Origin: Nitrososphaeraceae archaeon
GTDB lineage: Archaea > Thermoproteota > Nitrososphaeria > Nitrososphaerales > Nitrososphaeraceae
Reading direction: 5' to 3'
DNA: 64,000 nt
Assembly: GCA_035250975.1 (NCBI GenBank)
Contig: DATFEP010000061.1
Coordinates: 1-64,000, forward strand
In this document: positions 62,749 to 64,000 of the stretch, piece after piece
Layout: the number at the start of each line of letters is the position of its first letter
Position numbering within the stretch: the first letter of the stretch is position 1
Notes under the pieces: model-generated
Databases searched by the model: none
What the model saw: only the letters and a program-made list of their open reading frames with translations
Told to the model about the DNA's origin: nothing
Made by a program: the position numbers and the translations under genes

Positions 62749-63572
62749 TTGTTGACATGCGCGATTATGAAATGAGTTTCATTAGATTAAAAGAATGGTT
62801 TAATGAAAATACAGATGGCAGAGTTGTGGTAGCGTTATCTGGAGGGGTAGACAGTGCAGTCGTTGCTCTGGCTGCAAAACATACACTACACGATAATGCA
62901 TTAGCCATCACAGCAAATTATAAGACCTTAGCTGAATCAGAAATGAATACTGCAATAAATATAGCTAAGGAAATAGGTATCAGACATATAATAATAGAAT
63001 ATAGTGAACTCGATGATCCGAAATTCATAAGAAACGATAATTTGAGATGTTACTATTGTAGAAAATCCCTTTCAGAATATCTTTTATCTTATTCAAAATT
63101 ATTCAATATTTCGTGTATAGTTGACGGTACTAATGTGGATGACCTGATGGATTATAGACCAGGAATAAAAGCCCTAAGAGAATACGGAATAAAAAGTCCG
63201 CTATTAGACATCAAAATAGGGAAACATATGATAAGAAAAATTGCTAAAAATTTTGGTCTATCCATTTCCAATAAGCCATCAAATTCATGTCTTGCATCAA
63301 GGATACCACATGGCAAAAAGATTACACAAGAAAAGTTAACAAATATAGAGAACGCAGAGAAGATAGTAAAAGAATTATTCAAGGTTGAACAAGTACGGGT
63401 AAGAGATCATGAGAAGATTGCACGAATTGAGATAGGAACTGATGAATTTGGAAAAATGTTTGATTCCAATAAATTAAAAATATTGAATTCCAAATTAACA
63501 GAGATTGGATTCCAATATGTTACTTTAGACTTAGCAGGATATAAATCTGGCAATTTGGTTGTGATAGAATAA
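62745..63572 (+). CDS. larE: Sulfur transferase LarE, [4Fe-4S]-type
   Basis: SGGVDS PP-loop, RCYYC, DYRPG, SCLASRIP. Confidence 0.93.
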   Translation: MIVDMRDYEMSFIRLKEWFNENTDGRVVVALSGGVDSAVVALAAKHTLHDNALAITANYKTLAESEMNTAINIAKEIGIRHIIIEYSELDDPKFIRNDNLRCYYCRKSLSEYLLSYSKLFNISCIVDGTNVDDLMDYRPGIKALREYGIKSPLLDIKIGKHMIRKIAKNFGLSISNKPSNSCLASRIPHGKKITQEKLTNIENAEKIVKELFKVEQVRVRDHEKIARIEIGTDEFGKMFDSNKLKILNSKLTEIGFQYVTLDLAGYKSGNLVVIE

Positions 63573-63584
63573 TTTTTGAACGAA

Positions 63585-64000
63585 ATGATGACCGATAAAC
63601 AAATTATTTATTTGGATAATGCAGCTTCTACACCTGTTATCCAAGAAGTAATTGACGAAATGATTCCATATCTTGGTAATTTATTTGGAAATCCTTCTTC
63701 AATTCATCAATTTGGTAGGAAATCAAAACTGGCTATTCAGAGGTCTCGAAAAAAAGTTGCTGATTTAATAGGAGCAAAACCCAATGAGATCTTTTTTACT
63801 TCTGGTGGAACGGAATCTGACAATCTTGCGCTAAAGGGTTTGAGCAAATTTTACAGAGATAACGATAAAGATAAAAATCACATTATCACCAGCGTTATGG
63901 AACACGATGCAGTTTTAGAAACTTGTGGAGAGCTAGAAAGTGATGGTTTTGAAGTTACGTATATAGAAGTTGGTAGAGAAGGTGTAGTCAATCCCGAAAC
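63585..64000 (+). CDS. iscS: Cysteine desulfurase (IscS/NifS), truncated by window end
   Basis: IYLDNAASTP, FGNPSSIH, FTSGGTESDN, EHDAV. Confidence 0.93.
   Translation, partial: MMTDKQIIYLDNAASTPVIQEVIDEMIPYLGNLFGNPSSIHQFGRKSKLAIQRSRKKVADLIGAKPNEIFFTSGGTESDNLALKGLSKFYRDNDKDKNHIITSVMEHDAVLETCGELESDGFEVTYIEVGREGVVNPE

Noticed and set aside
1-64000. CRISPR array, rRNA, provirus; the many 60-125 aa antisense ORFs
   Set aside because: No regularly spaced repeats, rRNA-like tracts or viral genes seen; the short ORFs overlap well-supported genes

Overview
An AT-rich archaeal chromosome segment. Gene content points to a soil ammonia-oxidising archaeon (Nitrososphaeraceae, Nitrosocosmicus-like; an inference from class I LysRS, the archaeal aroA'/aroB' route, an ESCRT-III paralog and a secY operon lacking L34e/L14e). 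It is mostly housekeeping: pckA end, fixAB-fixCX, a shikimate/aromatic cluster interrupted by an orphan DNA methyltransferase, tRNA-modification genes, pyrB, class II RNR, thiolase/DUF35, the rpl18-secY-cbf5 operon, and mdh with larB/larC/larE and a cysteine desulfurase. I found three intron-containing tRNAs (tRNA-Gln(CTG) has three introns), three decayed IS elements, a nested MITE, and several small genes the ORF track missed (rpl40e, two metal-binding microproteins, a basic 34-aa peptide, a 37-aa membrane peptide). The best candidate for an undescribed system is an HTH + ATP-cone + apparently dead class III RNR protein encoded directly upstream of nrdJ, whose promoter carries repeats phased 31-32 bp apart that resemble NrdR boxes. 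Also notable are a ~270-nt intergenic segment with nested long-range complementarity (candidate ncRNA), a GDGT ring synthase-like radical SAM protein, and a nickel-pincer cofactor cassette with no larA in the window. All family calls come from reading motifs by eye; no searches were run.
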